Below, piece by piece: positions 1 to 9,924 of a DNA stretch of 64,000 nt. Origin of the DNA: Deltaproteobacteria bacterium (lineage in GTDB: Bacteria; Desulfobacterota; Desulfobaccia; Desulfobaccales; 0-14-0-80-60-11). Every line of letters starts with the position of its first letter. Within the stretch, counting starts at the first letter, position 1. The notes beneath the pieces are model-generated. The model was not told the origin of the DNA. It made no database searches and worked only from the letters and a program-made list of their open reading frames with translations. The stretch is from positions 75,359-139,358 of the forward strand of contig JASEFS010000002.1 of the NCBI GenBank assembly GCA_030018495.1, given 5' to 3'. Made by a program: the position numbers and the translations under genes.

Positions 1-1292
1 TGCTGCGGGGGCTTTTCCAACGCCCGCACCCACCCCAGAAGATCAGGCTGATCGGCATGGCTGCTGAAGCCGTTCAAAGTTATCACTTCCGCTTCCAAAT
101 GGTATTCCATCCCGAAGATACGAACCGTGGACGCCCGCTCCACCAGGCGGCGGCCCAAAGTGTTCGGGGCCTGCCAGCCGACGATCAGGATTGTATTGCG
201 GGGGTCTTCAATATTGTTCTTCAGGTGATGCTGGATGCGTCCGGCCTCGGCCATGCCGGAGGCGCTGATGATCACGCAAGGGCCTCGCAGGCCGTGCAGC
301 CTCTTGGACTGTTCCACATCCCGGATGTAGCGCAATTGCTTGAAACCGAAAATATCATTCTCCGGGTCTTCATGGAGGATATAATCCCAGATATCGTCAT
401 CGAAGCATTCAGGATGCTGGCGAAAAATATCGGTCACATTGACCGCCAGGGGACTGTCAACAAAGACGGGGATCTCAGGCAAATCGCCCCGGTGGTAAAG
501 TTTATTCAACAGATAAACCAGAAACTGGGTGCGCTCCACGGCAAAGGCCGGGATGATGACCTTGCCCCCGCGTCGGCTGGTATTTCGGATAATCTGTTCG
601 AGAGCTTCCGCGGATTCCTCCACAGGCGGGTGAGTCCGGCTGCCGTAAGTGCTTTCAATGATGAGGATGTCGGCAGTCCTGAGCAGGGCAGGGTCGCGCA
701 AAAGGGGCAGATGAGGCCGGCCCAAGTCGCCGGTAAAGACCAGGCGCCGGTCGGGCCCGCTTTGCTCGGGCCGCCAATCGAGCGCCACGATGGCCGAGCC
801 CAGCATATGCCCGGCATCATAAAGGGTCACCGTTATCCCCGGCCCTAATTCGTAAGGTTTCTCATAAGCAGCCCTTTCAAAGTATTTAAGCGACTCAGCC
901 GCGTCTTCCTGGGTGTAGATGGGCTCCACCGGAGGTTCGCCGATCTTCTGCCGCTGCCGGTTGACATAGGCCACGTCCTCCTCCTGGATATGGCCGCTGT
1001 CCAGGAGCATGGCGCCGCACAGGTCGACGGTGGCGGTGGTGCAGAGAATCCTGCCCCTGAACCCTTGTTTCACCAGGTTGGGGATATTGCCCGAGTGGTC
1101 GATGTGGGCGTGCGACAGCACCACCGCCTCAATGGACGCGGCATCAAAGGGGAACTCCCGGTTCCGTCTCCGGGCCTCGTCGCGCTTCCCCTGATACAGG
1201 CCGCAGTCGAGCAGAATCTTTTTCCCGTTGACCGTGAGCAAATGCTGGGATCCGGTTACCGTCTGAGCTGCACCATGAAAACTGATTTGCAT
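1..1292 (-). CDS. MBL-fold beta-CASP metallo-hydrolase (RNase J/CPSF-like RNA-metabolising family); C-terminus runs off the window
   Basis: Absent from the ORF track because there is no stop inside the window. My reverse-strand translation from the ATG at ~1292 gives MQISFHGAAQTVTGSQHLLTVNGKKILLDCGLYQGKRDEARRRNREFPFDAASIEAVVLSHAHIDHSGNIP. This carries the HxHxDH metallo-beta-lactamase motif. The + ORFs 57..848 and 990..1298 are antisense shadows. Confidence 0.8.
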   Translation of the reverse strand, partial: MQISFHGAAQTVTGSQHLLTVNGKKILLDCGLYQGKRDEARRRNREFPFDAASIEAVVLSHAHIDHSGNIPNLVKQGFRGRILCTTATVDLCGAMLLDSGHIQEEDVAYVNRQRQKIGEPPVEPIYTQEDAAESLKYFERAAYEKPYELGPGITVTLYDAGHMLGSAIVALDWRPEQSGPDRRLVFTGDLGRPHLPLLRDPALLRTADILIIESTYGSRTHPPVEESAEALEQIIRNTSRRGGKVIIPAFAVERTQFLVYLLNKLYHRGDLPEIPVFVDSPLAVNVTDIFRQHPECFDDDIWDYILHEDPENDIFGFKQLRYIRDVEQSKRLHGLRGPCVIISASGMAEAGRIQHHLKNNIEDPRNTILIVGWQAPNTLGRRLVERASTVRIFGMEYHLEAEVITLNGFSSHADQPDLLGWVRALEKPPQ

Positions 1293-1631
1293 GAATGACC
1301 TCAAATCCTTTCAAACGTCCCGCCGGCGGGACCCCGCGGCTTTACCGCTTTCCCGCCTGTGAATGTGCTTAAAAATATCATTCCAAAGACTGCCTGGCTG
1401 CCATAATAGCTTCGCCGTGCATAACGGACAAGCCGAACAATCATTATAGACCCTTCTGCAGACGCAATCATTCCAAGACAAAAAAAACATAGTAATTTTT
1501 TTGTGCTGCTAGTCCATACTGTTTCACTTATTCCCAAAATCTGATGGTTCTTCGTGATAACATGGGGAAAAAGCTTTTGCGGGGCTGCCGATATGACTAC
1601 CAACTGCGAAATCCGGCCGATATCCCAAAAA

Positions 1632-4600
1632 ATGAAGTTCTGTCTGAGAACAGCCAGCCGTCTCACTATGGGCTTGGCGCTGCTTGGTTTGATTCTGAGC
1701 CTGTCGGGGTCGACCGCCTCCGGTGCCGGCCCGGTCCGGCCGGAAAAGGACGCGGCGGCCTATAATCCTGAAAAGAACTTCACCATCAAAGAAGTCATTC
1801 CCAGCCCTGAAAAGGAAGTGGTTAAGATCATCTTCAGCGCGCCGGTACCCTTGGAGATGATCCGGGGCAACCTGCGCTTCCTGCCGCGCCTGAAGCTGGA
1901 TTGGGACGGTTCCACCATGAGCCCCGAAGGGGTTCTCACCCTCAAAGGCGCGTTTCGCTACGGCTCGCCGCATTATATTGATTTGCCGGAGACTCTGGAG
2001 GTCAAGGGCAAAACTTACTTCCCCACGGTCACCAGGTTCGCCATGCCGGACCGGCTGGCGCGAGTGGAGTTCGTGGAGGGCAAGCGGGTCATTGAGCGGG
2101 ACAGCCGCCAACTCCTGCATGTCCGGACCGTTAATGTAAAGGAAGTGTTTCTGGAGAGTTTGCGGGTGCCGCCGGTGCTCCTGCCCCAAGCCCTGGCCGC
2201 AGCGGGCGCCGGTCAGGACCTGGGACAGACCCTGGAGCAGCTCAAAGCCGCAGTGGTCGAACTGGAACCGCTGATCAAGGGGAACCGGGCTTACAGTCCC
2301 TTTATGGGACAGCCCGGCCAGGAAAACCAGCTCTTCCCGGCCGGAGGAGAAAAAAACCAGCTCAAGGCGGTATCGCTGCCCTTGAGCTTTCGCAGTCACA
2401 AGGAAAAAGGCTCTCTCGAGCTCATCCGGGTCAAGGACAATAGTCCGGGAAGCCTGACAACCACTGAAACCGGCCTCTTTCGGCTTACCGACCTGGGGCT
2501 GACCTATAAGCTCGGCCAACACCAACTGCTGCTTTGGCTGAGTTCTCTCAAAACCGGCACCCCTGTCGGGGGCGCTCAGGTGCTGGCCTTTACCCGGCAA
2601 TCTGAGGTTTTCCCTTTGGGGGTCACGGGCCAGGACGGGGTCCTGCTCATCGATTCCCGAGAGCGGGACGGCCTGTCCCTAAATCAACCGGGCGCCTTCA
2701 AACCGGCGAAACGCCCGGTGGACATTAAGGATATCACCTTCCTCATGGCCGGTGCCGACGGGGACGTATCCTTTATTGAAGTGGAGCCTGAGGGCGGCGT
2801 CAAGCCCCAGGGCATCCGCCAGGTGACCGGCGATTATATCCCCCGGAATCTCAAAGGCCAAGTGTTCACTGAGCGGGGTGTTTACCGCCCCGGTGAAAAG
2901 GTGTTTTTCAAGGGCACGGTGCGGGAATACCGGGAGGGCGCCGTAAAATCGCCCCAGGGGCTCCCGGTCACTTTCAGGGTGACCAATTCCAAGGGGGAAG
3001 AGGTCTTCAAGGTCGCAGACAAGCTCTCTGATTTCGGCACCGCCTCAGGTGAAATGGCCACCGAGCCTCATTGGGCCGTGGGGGCCTATACTCTGACCAT
3101 GAGTTTCGGCGCGGAGACCGAGGCTTCTATCGGCGCGCCCAAGGATGAAGAAGAGGAACCGGAGTATGATGATAACGGCAGAAAAGTAATCAAGCCCAAG
3201 GCCGGCGAAGCCACGATAACTTTTCAGGTGCAGGAATTCAAACCTCCCCGGCATTTTACGGAAATCGCCTTTGAGCGGATCAAGCGGACCGACACGCGCT
3301 ATGTCAACCGGGAGCGCCAAGCCGAGTTCGTCAAAATTGTCATCAGCGGCGGCTATTATGTCGGGGGGGTCGTGAAGCACGGCCAGGTCCGCTGGAAAAT
3401 CCACCAGTCCCGGACCGAATACCAGGTTCCGGGTTACGACGGCTACACCTTCGGCTGCGACGGCAAGGAGCAGGGCGAACTTATCGAGAGCGGCCAGGCC
3501 ATATTGGATGAAAAAGGTCAGGCCGCGGTGGAGTTTCCCCTGGACAAAAACCTGGTTTCCGGCCGCCAGGGTCTGTACGTGGTGGCCACGGTAGTGGACT
3601 TTGACGGCCGCGCCGCCACCGCCGCCAAGCAGTTCCAGGCTGACCCCGAATTTCTGGTGGGTATCAGCCGTCATCCGGAAAAGATTCAGATGGGGGAGCC
3701 CCAGAACCTGAAAATCGTGGTGGTGGACGGGCAGGGCCGCAAGGTCCGGCGCGGCTCGCTGCAAATAGAAGTCCTCCAGGAAAGCTGGACTTATGTGGCC
3801 AAACGCAACGATCAGGGCGACCTGTATTGGGACGACGCGACCATATGGAAAAAAGCTCTGGCCGCAGATGTGCCTCTGAAACGGGGAGAAGGCGTTTTCC
3901 GCTTCGACTGCGCCCAGGGGGGCCGCTACCTCCTGGCCTTTGTTTATAAGGACGACAAGGGCCGCACTTTCACATCCTCCACCCCCTACAAGGTGGCCTG
4001 GGAATACCGGGTGGATGAGAAAAGGAGTCGGCCTTACGAGCTCTTGGGCCTGTGGGCCGACCGGTCCGCGTACAAGCCCGGCGACACTGCGGATATCACC
4101 CTGAGTCCCAAAACCCCCATCTCCTGGTACCTGGTGACTGTGGAGCGCGACGGAATCCTTGATTACCAGGTGGTTCAGGGAGGTCAGGAGTCAAAAACCC
4201 TGCCCCTGGCCATCAAGGGCGATTACCCGCCCAATGTCTATGTGTCTGTTCTGGGTCTGACCCCCAGAGGTGACTTTCCGGTCCACACCGGCCGCTATGA
4301 CAGCGAGGCTCCCGGGTTTGTCTGGGGCACCCTTAATTTGGCCGTGCTTAAGGAACCGGAAGGCCTGGAAGTGAAAATCAGTCTTGCGGCGCCGGAGCTC
4401 AAGGCCGAGCCGGGCGTCCCGGTGTCCGTGGATTTTTTAGTGACCGACCCCCAGGGCAAAGGCGTGGAAGCCGAAATGGCCGTGGCGGTGGTGGACGAAT
4501 CCGTGCTGGCCCTCACCGGCTTCAAGACCCCGGCTCTGGAGCAGTTGACCCGCTTCGACTTGCCGCTAAGGGTGTTCACCGGCGAACTGCGCCAGGCTCT

Positions 4601-6767
4601 CGTCCATCAGACGCCGTTCTATCCTTCGCAGATTGAGCCCCTTACGGGCGGCGGCGGCATGTCCGGGGAGATGCTGTCCAAGCTCCGCAAGCTCTTTAAG
4701 GCGGTGGCGTATTATAACCCTGCGGTGCGCACCGATGCCCGGGGAAAGGCCCGAATCAGCTTCACGCTGCCGGACAATATCGCCAGCTACCGGGTTTATG
4801 CCGTGGCACTGGACCGGGGCAGCCGCTTTGCCAACGCCGAGCGCCGGCTCATTGCGGCCAAGGATTTTTACCTGGAGCCGGGCCTGCCCAACTACTTCAT
4901 CCGGGGGGACAGCTTCCGCTTTCAGGTGGCCGCCTTCAACACCAGCCAGGCCAAAGGGCCGGTGGAATTCAGCGCGGCTGCACAGGGGGGCCTGAAATTG
5001 TCGGCTGACGACAAGGGCCGGCTGGAACCTCAAGGGAGCGCCAAATTGAATGTCAGCGGCACAGCCGAGGCCGCGGGGCCGGCCAAGGTCCGTTTTGCCG
5101 GCCGATTTTGGGATAAGGATGATGAAGTGGAGCTGAACCTGAAGATCAATTCCGGGCTGGTGCGGGATACCTATTCATCGTTCGGCTCCTTTACCGGGTC
5201 CGGCGAGGCCAGGCTGGTTCTGCCCGCCTATCTGACCGGGGCCGGAGCCGATAAGGTCAATCCGGAGGAAGTCCAGGCCGTCCTGACCCTGTCCGGGTCG
5301 CCCTTTGCCAGGCTGGCGCGGCCCCTAGGCTATCTGCTCCACTACCCATACGGCTGCGTGGAGCAGACCAGCTCGGGCGTCCTGGGCCTGGCGGCCCTGC
5401 GGGGGCTTATCCGGGACGGGCACATCAGCGGCGTGGCCCCGGAGGAAGTGGACCGGTTCATCAAGTCAGGCATCGACCGCCTTTTCGCCATGCAAACCAG
5501 GCAGGGAGAATTTGTATATTGGCCGGGACACCGCTATCCCCACCCTTGGGGGACCATCTACGCGGTGGCAGCCCTGAGCGTGGCCAAAACCCAGGGTCTG
5601 GCCGTTTGGGCAGAGGGCCTCAACAAGAGTCTCGAAGCTCTCAGAAGCAAATTCTACGGCGAAGTTTCTTCGACCCAAAAGGCTTTTGCCTGTTACCTCC
5701 TGGCCCTGAACAAGTCTCTGGACCGGGATTCGTATTTGCGGGTCAAGCGCGATGAGGCCAGGATGACAAGGGAGGGGAAGCTTCTCATGCTTTTGGCGGC
5801 CAAGCATGCCGGACTTCAGTCGCCCGATGAGCTGAAAACCGGCTTGAAGGGGGTTTTAAAGGCAAAGGAGGAAATGCCTGCCCAGAGCTGGCAGGAAGAT
5901 TTCGACGCCCACTATCGGGGGCCGGCCCTGGAGCTTTTGGCAACCAGGAGCATCATGCCAGATGACCCCGTGACCGGCAAAGCCGCCCAAAAGCTCTTGG
6001 GCGGACTGGGGAACAACGGGCGCTGGACCTCCACCAGCGACACAGGCTGGGCGCTTCTGGCCCTGGGAGAATATTTTACAGGGGTAACCTTCAGCCAGGA
6101 GGCGGGCGACGTGAGCGTCACCCAGCCCCAGGGCCCCACCCAATCATTGACCCTGGACCCCAAAGGGTCCCGCAGTCTTAATCTGGATGCGCGGGCCTTT
6201 CTGCGAAACCCGGTGATCAAACTAAAGGGACAGCCGGGCCGCACCTGGCTCTATCAGGTGGATTTCACCGCACCGCGGCTGGACCTTGTTGAAAAGGGCG
6301 CCGAGCAGGGCTTCAAGGTGACCAAAAACGTTAAAAATACCGACGGCACGAACACTATTAAGGTGGGGGACCTGGTCAAAGTCTCTTTAATGGTGGATGT
6401 CACCAAAACCCAAAAATATGTGGTGCTGGACGACCCGGTGCCCGCCGGGCTCATGGCGGTGAACACCGCGTTCAAAACCGAAGAGACCATTCCGCCGGAC
6501 CAGGAGCAGGAGCAAGAGGAGGATTTCTTTGATTATTTCGCCCCGGACGGGACCATGCGTTTCCGGCCTAATTTTTTCGAGATCCGGGATGACCGGGTGC
6601 TGGCCTTCCGGGACCTGGTTTTTGCCGGGTCCTACCGCTTCGTTTACTATGCCCGGGCGGTATGCGAAGGCTCCTTCATCATGCCTTCCACCCAGGCCGC
6701 GGCCATGTATGACCCTGAGGCGAAGGGATTTTCGCCTCAGGGGCGGCTCACCGTTCAGGCGCGCTGA
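1632..6767 (+). CDS. bacterial alpha-2-macroglobulin family protein (YfhM-like) with thioester motif
   Basis: ORF 1554..6767. A signal-like N-terminus (MKFCLRTASRLTMGLALLGLILSLSG) starts at the ATG at 1632. It has the CxEQ thioester-type motif YPYGCVEQTSSG. Its size (~1700 aa) and the pbpC gene immediately downstream match the known A2M/PBP1C pairing. Confidence 0.88.
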   Translation: MKFCLRTASRLTMGLALLGLILSLSGSTASGAGPVRPEKDAAAYNPEKNFTIKEVIPSPEKEVVKIIFSAPVPLEMIRGNLRFLPRLKLDWDGSTMSPEGVLTLKGAFRYGSPHYIDLPETLEVKGKTYFPTVTRFAMPDRLARVEFVEGKRVIERDSRQLLHVRTVNVKEVFLESLRVPPVLLPQALAAAGAGQDLGQTLEQLKAAVVELEPLIKGNRAYSPFMGQPGQENQLFPAGGEKNQLKAVSLPLSFRSHKEKGSLELIRVKDNSPGSLTTTETGLFRLTDLGLTYKLGQHQLLLWLSSLKTGTPVGGAQVLAFTRQSEVFPLGVTGQDGVLLIDSRERDGLSLNQPGAFKPAKRPVDIKDITFLMAGADGDVSFIEVEPEGGVKPQGIRQVTGDYIPRNLKGQVFTERGVYRPGEKVFFKGTVREYREGAVKSPQGLPVTFRVTNSKGEEVFKVADKLSDFGTASGEMATEPHWAVGAYTLTMSFGAETEASIGAPKDEEEEPEYDDNGRKVIKPKAGEATITFQVQEFKPPRHFTEIAFERIKRTDTRYVNRERQAEFVKIVISGGYYVGGVVKHGQVRWKIHQSRTEYQVPGYDGYTFGCDGKEQGELIESGQAILDEKGQAAVEFPLDKNLVSGRQGLYVVATVVDFDGRAATAAKQFQADPEFLVGISRHPEKIQMGEPQNLKIVVVDGQGRKVRRGSLQIEVLQESWTYVAKRNDQGDLYWDDATIWKKALAADVPLKRGEGVFRFDCAQGGRYLLAFVYKDDKGRTFTSSTPYKVAWEYRVDEKRSRPYELLGLWADRSAYKPGDTADITLSPKTPISWYLVTVERDGILDYQVVQGGQESKTLPLAIKGDYPPNVYVSVLGLTPRGDFPVHTGRYDSEAPGFVWGTLNLAVLKEPEGLEVKISLAAPELKAEPGVPVSVDFLVTDPQGKGVEAEMAVAVVDESVLALTGFKTPALEQLTRFDLPLRVFTGELRQALVHQTPFYPSQIEPLTGGGGMSGEMLSKLRKLFKAVAYYNPAVRTDARGKARISFTLPDNIASYRVYAVALDRGSRFANAERRLIAAKDFYLEPGLPNYFIRGDSFRFQVAAFNTSQAKGPVEFSAAAQGGLKLSADDKGRLEPQGSAKLNVSGTAEAAGPAKVRFAGRFWDKDDEVELNLKINSGLVRDTYSSFGSFTGSGEARLVLPAYLTGAGADKVNPEEVQAVLTLSGSPFARLARPLGYLLHYPYGCVEQTSSGVLGLAALRGLIRDGHISGVAPEEVDRFIKSGIDRLFAMQTRQGEFVYWPGHRYPHPWGTIYAVAALSVAKTQGLAVWAEGLNKSLEALRSKFYGEVSSTQKAFACYLLALNKSLDRDSYLRVKRDEARMTREGKLLMLLAAKHAGLQSPDELKTGLKGVLKAKEEMPAQSWQEDFDAHYRGPALELLATRSIMPDDPVTGKAAQKLLGGLGNNGRWTSTSDTGWALLALGEYFTGVTFSQEAGDVSVTQPQGPTQSLTLDPKGSRSLNLDARAFLRNPVIKLKGQPGRTWLYQVDFTAPRLDLVEKGAEQGFKVTKNVKNTDGTNTIKVGDLVKVSLMVDVTKTQKYVVLDDPVPAGLMAVNTAFKTEETIPPDQEQEQEEDFFDYFAPDGTMRFRPNFFEIRDDRVLAFRDLVFAGSYRFVYYARAVCEGSFIMPSTQAAAMYDPEAKGFSPQGRLTVQAR

Positions 6768-6769
6768 GG

Positions 6770-9181
6770 TTGAAGTTGAGATTCCCGAAGAAAATCCGGT
6801 GGCTGCTGCTGGCGGCAGTCGTTACCTTAACGGGACTTTACCTGGAGGCAGCCACGCGCTTTGACGCTGCGGCCCTGGCCCCGGTCCCCGGCCCTCTGGT
6901 GCTGGACCGGCATGGTGAAATCCTGCGCCTGGTGCCGGACAGCCAGGGCCGCAAAGCAGTCCGCCTGCCGGGAGGCCCTCTTCCGGCCAACGTGGTGGCG
7001 GCGTTTGTGGCCGCCGAAGACCGGCGTTTTTGGGAGCATCCCGGAGTGGATGTCCTGGCCGTGGTCAGGGCCGCAGGTCAAAACCTGGCGGCCTGGCGCA
7101 TTGTTTCAGGGGCTTCCACCATCACCCAGCAACTGGCCCGCCTCACCTACCCCGGGCCCCGCACCTACCGGCGCAAGCTGGTGGAAATGGTGCGCAGCCT
7201 GAGAATTGAAAGGGCGCTCGGCAAAGAAGAAATTTTGCGCCATTATCTGGACCGGGTGCCGTTGGGCTACAATTTGGCAGGGGTGGAAAGCGCGGCCCTG
7301 GCTTACTTCGGGCAACCCGCGGCCCGCCTGACCGTTTCCCAGGCCGCGCTTTTGGCGGCATTGCCCAAAGCCCCTAGCGCTCTCAGGCCCCATGGCCCCA
7401 GGCATGCCCGCCTGTTGGAACGGCAGCGCTGGATTTTGGGGCGGATGGCTTCTCTGGGGCTGATCGATTCTCAGGAACTGGAGACAGCCCGGGCGGAGCC
7501 CCTGGTGTTTCACGGCGTCGGCGGCGCCAAGCCGGTGTTCCCGTTTGAAGCGCCTCACTTTGTCCAGCAGGCTTTGTCCCGGCCCGGCGCAACAGGTCCC
7601 CGAAGCCTGGTGCGGACCACCCTGGACTTATCTTTACAGCGGCGGGTGGAGGCCGCGGTGCGTTCCCACCGGAACCGGCTTCTCAAAGCCGGGGCTTCAC
7701 AAGCCGCCTGTGTGGTGGTGAACAACCGCACTTTGGAAGTGTCGGCCCTGGTGGGCTCCTATGCCTACGGTCCCCGGCACCAGGGCTTCAACAGCGGGGC
7801 CGCGGCCCTGCGGTCTCCGGGCTCCACCCTGAAGCCCTTCCTCTACGCCCAGGCTCTGGATCAGGGATTTTCTTCGGCCGCGGTTTTGGAGGATGTGGAA
7901 CGGCGCTACCGCACGCCTTGGGGGGAATTTCTGCCGGCCAATTTTGACCGCGCCGCTCACGGTCCGGTGCCCCTGCGGGAGGCCCTGGGCAATTCTCTCA
8001 ACCTGTCCGCGGTGAACTTACTGAATGCGGTAGGTTTCGAGTCCTTTTATGGCACTTTGAAAAACCTGAAGCTCATCAACCACCCGGACCGCAGCAGCGC
8101 CCATTACGGCCTGGGTTTGGTGGTGGGCAATCCCGAAGTGACCTTGATGCAGCTCGCCGCGGCATATGCCTGTCTGGCTAACGGCGGGGTCTTCCATAAT
8201 CTGCGCTGGCGGCTGGATGAGCCTTTAGATACCGGGGTGCGGGTGTTTTCGCCTCAGGCGGCCTTCATCGTCAGCGACATCCTGGCCGATCCCCTGGCCC
8301 GGTGGCGGGTGTTCGGAGGCTCTCTGGCTATGAACGAGCCGTACCGCCTGGCCGCCAAAACCGGCACCAGCACAAAGTACCGGGATTGCTGGTGCGTCGC
8401 CTATTCGCCTGAATACACCATAGCCGTGTGGGTGGGAAATTTCACCGGCCGGCCCACCGCCGATTTGAGCGGCGCCACCGCGGCCGCTCCCATCGCAGCC
8501 GACGTGGGGCGCGAGCTCTTTGGAGGAAGCTCCCCCGCTCCCTTTATCAGACCCGAGGGAGTTGTGAGCGCCTCGGTCTGCGCCTTCTCGGGGCTTTTGC
8601 CGGCGCGAGGCTGCAGCCATCTGCGCCAGGAGTTCTTTCTATCCGGAACCGAGCCCGCCCAATCCTGCACTTATCACCAATCCCGGGAACCCTGGCACCA
8701 CCTGGCCAGCCCTTATGCCGGCTGGCTGGGCCAACGACACCGAGTCGGCGGGGCAGGCAGATTCAGGCTGGCCGGATTCGATGAGAGCCTGGCGCAGCTT
8801 TTCACGGACGGCGAGGAGGATGCGGCCGCACTCCCTCATCCTGTCGGCAAAAGGGTGACTTTGGGCCTTGCCGCGGCGGACCACCGCGCCCAGAGCCGGG
8901 CGCGCTTCCCCGCCCTCGACCAAGGCCCTGCGGCGACTATTCAATATCCGCTCAATGAAGACCGTTTTTTGCTGCAGCCGGCGGAGGAGGAATTGCGCCT
9001 CACCGTCAAAATCGTCTGTCAGGTACCGTTAAAGAAGGTATCGTTGATCATCGATGGTCAAGAGGTGGCATCCGCAGGTCCCCCTTATGAAGTCGCGGTG
9101 GAGCTGGGGCGCGGGCGGCACCGCCTCATGGCCGTAGCCCCGGACGGCATCGGGGACAGCGTGACCGTGGTTGTTCAATAG
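6770..9181 (+). CDS. pbpC: penicillin-binding protein 1C (bifunctional glycosyltransferase/transpeptidase)
   Basis: Glycosyltransferase motifs AAEDRRFWEHPGVD and GASTITQQLAR. Transpeptidase motifs SxxK (GSTLKPF), SxN (NSLN) and KTG (AKTGTS). Starts 3 nt after the A2M stop with a TTG start. Confidence 0.88.
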   Translation: MKLRFPKKIRWLLLAAVVTLTGLYLEAATRFDAAALAPVPGPLVLDRHGEILRLVPDSQGRKAVRLPGGPLPANVVAAFVAAEDRRFWEHPGVDVLAVVRAAGQNLAAWRIVSGASTITQQLARLTYPGPRTYRRKLVEMVRSLRIERALGKEEILRHYLDRVPLGYNLAGVESAALAYFGQPAARLTVSQAALLAALPKAPSALRPHGPRHARLLERQRWILGRMASLGLIDSQELETARAEPLVFHGVGGAKPVFPFEAPHFVQQALSRPGATGPRSLVRTTLDLSLQRRVEAAVRSHRNRLLKAGASQAACVVVNNRTLEVSALVGSYAYGPRHQGFNSGAAALRSPGSTLKPFLYAQALDQGFSSAAVLEDVERRYRTPWGEFLPANFDRAAHGPVPLREALGNSLNLSAVNLLNAVGFESFYGTLKNLKLINHPDRSSAHYGLGLVVGNPEVTLMQLAAAYACLANGGVFHNLRWRLDEPLDTGVRVFSPQAAFIVSDILADPLARWRVFGGSLAMNEPYRLAAKTGTSTKYRDCWCVAYSPEYTIAVWVGNFTGRPTADLSGATAAAPIAADVGRELFGGSSPAPFIRPEGVVSASVCAFSGLLPARGCSHLRQEFFLSGTEPAQSCTYHQSREPWHHLASPYAGWLGQRHRVGGAGRFRLAGFDESLAQLFTDGEEDAAALPHPVGKRVTLGLAAADHRAQSRARFPALDQGPAATIQYPLNEDRFLLQPAEEELRLTVKIVCQVPLKKVSLIIDGQEVASAGPPYEVAVELGRGRHRLMAVAPDGIGDSVTVVVQ

Positions 9182-9344
9182 AATCTGAAAGAAACTGGGA
9201 AGCTTTACCAGGCCGGAAATTATCTCTCAATTATGCCCTTAACTGCTGATATTTGTGCCAAATTCAGTTCAAAAAGAAGGAAGTCAATTTACTTAAAAAA
9301 TTTTGATATGTCGTGGTTATTATCAATTGAGCCGCAGAGGGAGA

Positions 9345-9818
9345 ATGACCATGCTTGGATTTGAGGCGAAGATGGGCAGAATGATTGGCAAAATAGGCCT
9401 GGTGCTGGCCTTAATTTTGTGGAGCGCGTTGCCGTCTTTGGGGCAGGTTCCATGGGCCGCGGTCGCCAGGGCGGCCAAGACGCTGCAATACGATCGCGGC
9501 ACCGTGGAGACCATCAGCGGCACGGTAATCGAGGTTGAGGAGCTCGGACCCAGAAGGTTGGAGCGCCTATCTCAGGTGCACCTGCTGTTGAAAACCGACG
9601 GAGAAACCATCTTTGTCAAGCTGGGTCCGGAGAGCTGGCTGGCCAGGCATAACTTCAGCCTGGCGCCGGGGGACCATTTGACCGTCAAAGGTTCCAGAAT
9701 CCTTCGGCCGCGGCAAACTTTTCTCGTAGCCGGGGAAGTCAGAAAAGACAGCCAGGTTTTACCTCTCCGGGATGAAAACGGGCGGCCTTTGTGGGATCGG
9801 GGCCTGCTCGAACCTTAA
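9345..9818 (+). CDS. small exported protein of unknown function
   Basis: ORF 9303..9818. The ATG at 9345 follows AGAGGGAGA. A hydrophobic signal-like segment (IGKIGLVLALILWSALPSLGQ) is present. I do not recognise the family with confidence. Confidence 0.5.
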   Translation: MTMLGFEAKMGRMIGKIGLVLALILWSALPSLGQVPWAAVARAAKTLQYDRGTVETISGTVIEVEELGPRRLERLSQVHLLLKTDGETIFVKLGPESWLARHNFSLAPGDHLTVKGSRILRPRQTFLVAGEVRKDSQVLPLRDENGRPLWDRGLLEP

Positions 9819-9924
9819 AACGTCTTGGGAGACGCCGGTTTCTCACCGATCAGTTACGCTCGATCTACTTCACGGCTGGGTGCAAAACTCAGTCGGCAGT
9901 AAGGGCCTCCAGCAGAGGTGCTTT

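Noticed and set aside
57-1298. + strand ORFs 57..848 (263 aa) and 990..1298 (102 aa)
   Set aside because: They lie antisense to a clearly recognisable beta-CASP MBL hydrolase, which reads through to the window edge and is therefore missing from the track. Their composition is Arg/Gly/Ala/His-rich, typical of shadow frames in high-GC DNA.
9182-9302. Sigma-54-like TGGCAC-N5-TCAGC on the minus strand near 9255
   Set aside because: The -12 box is wrong, and the element points into the 3' end of pbpC with no gene to drive.
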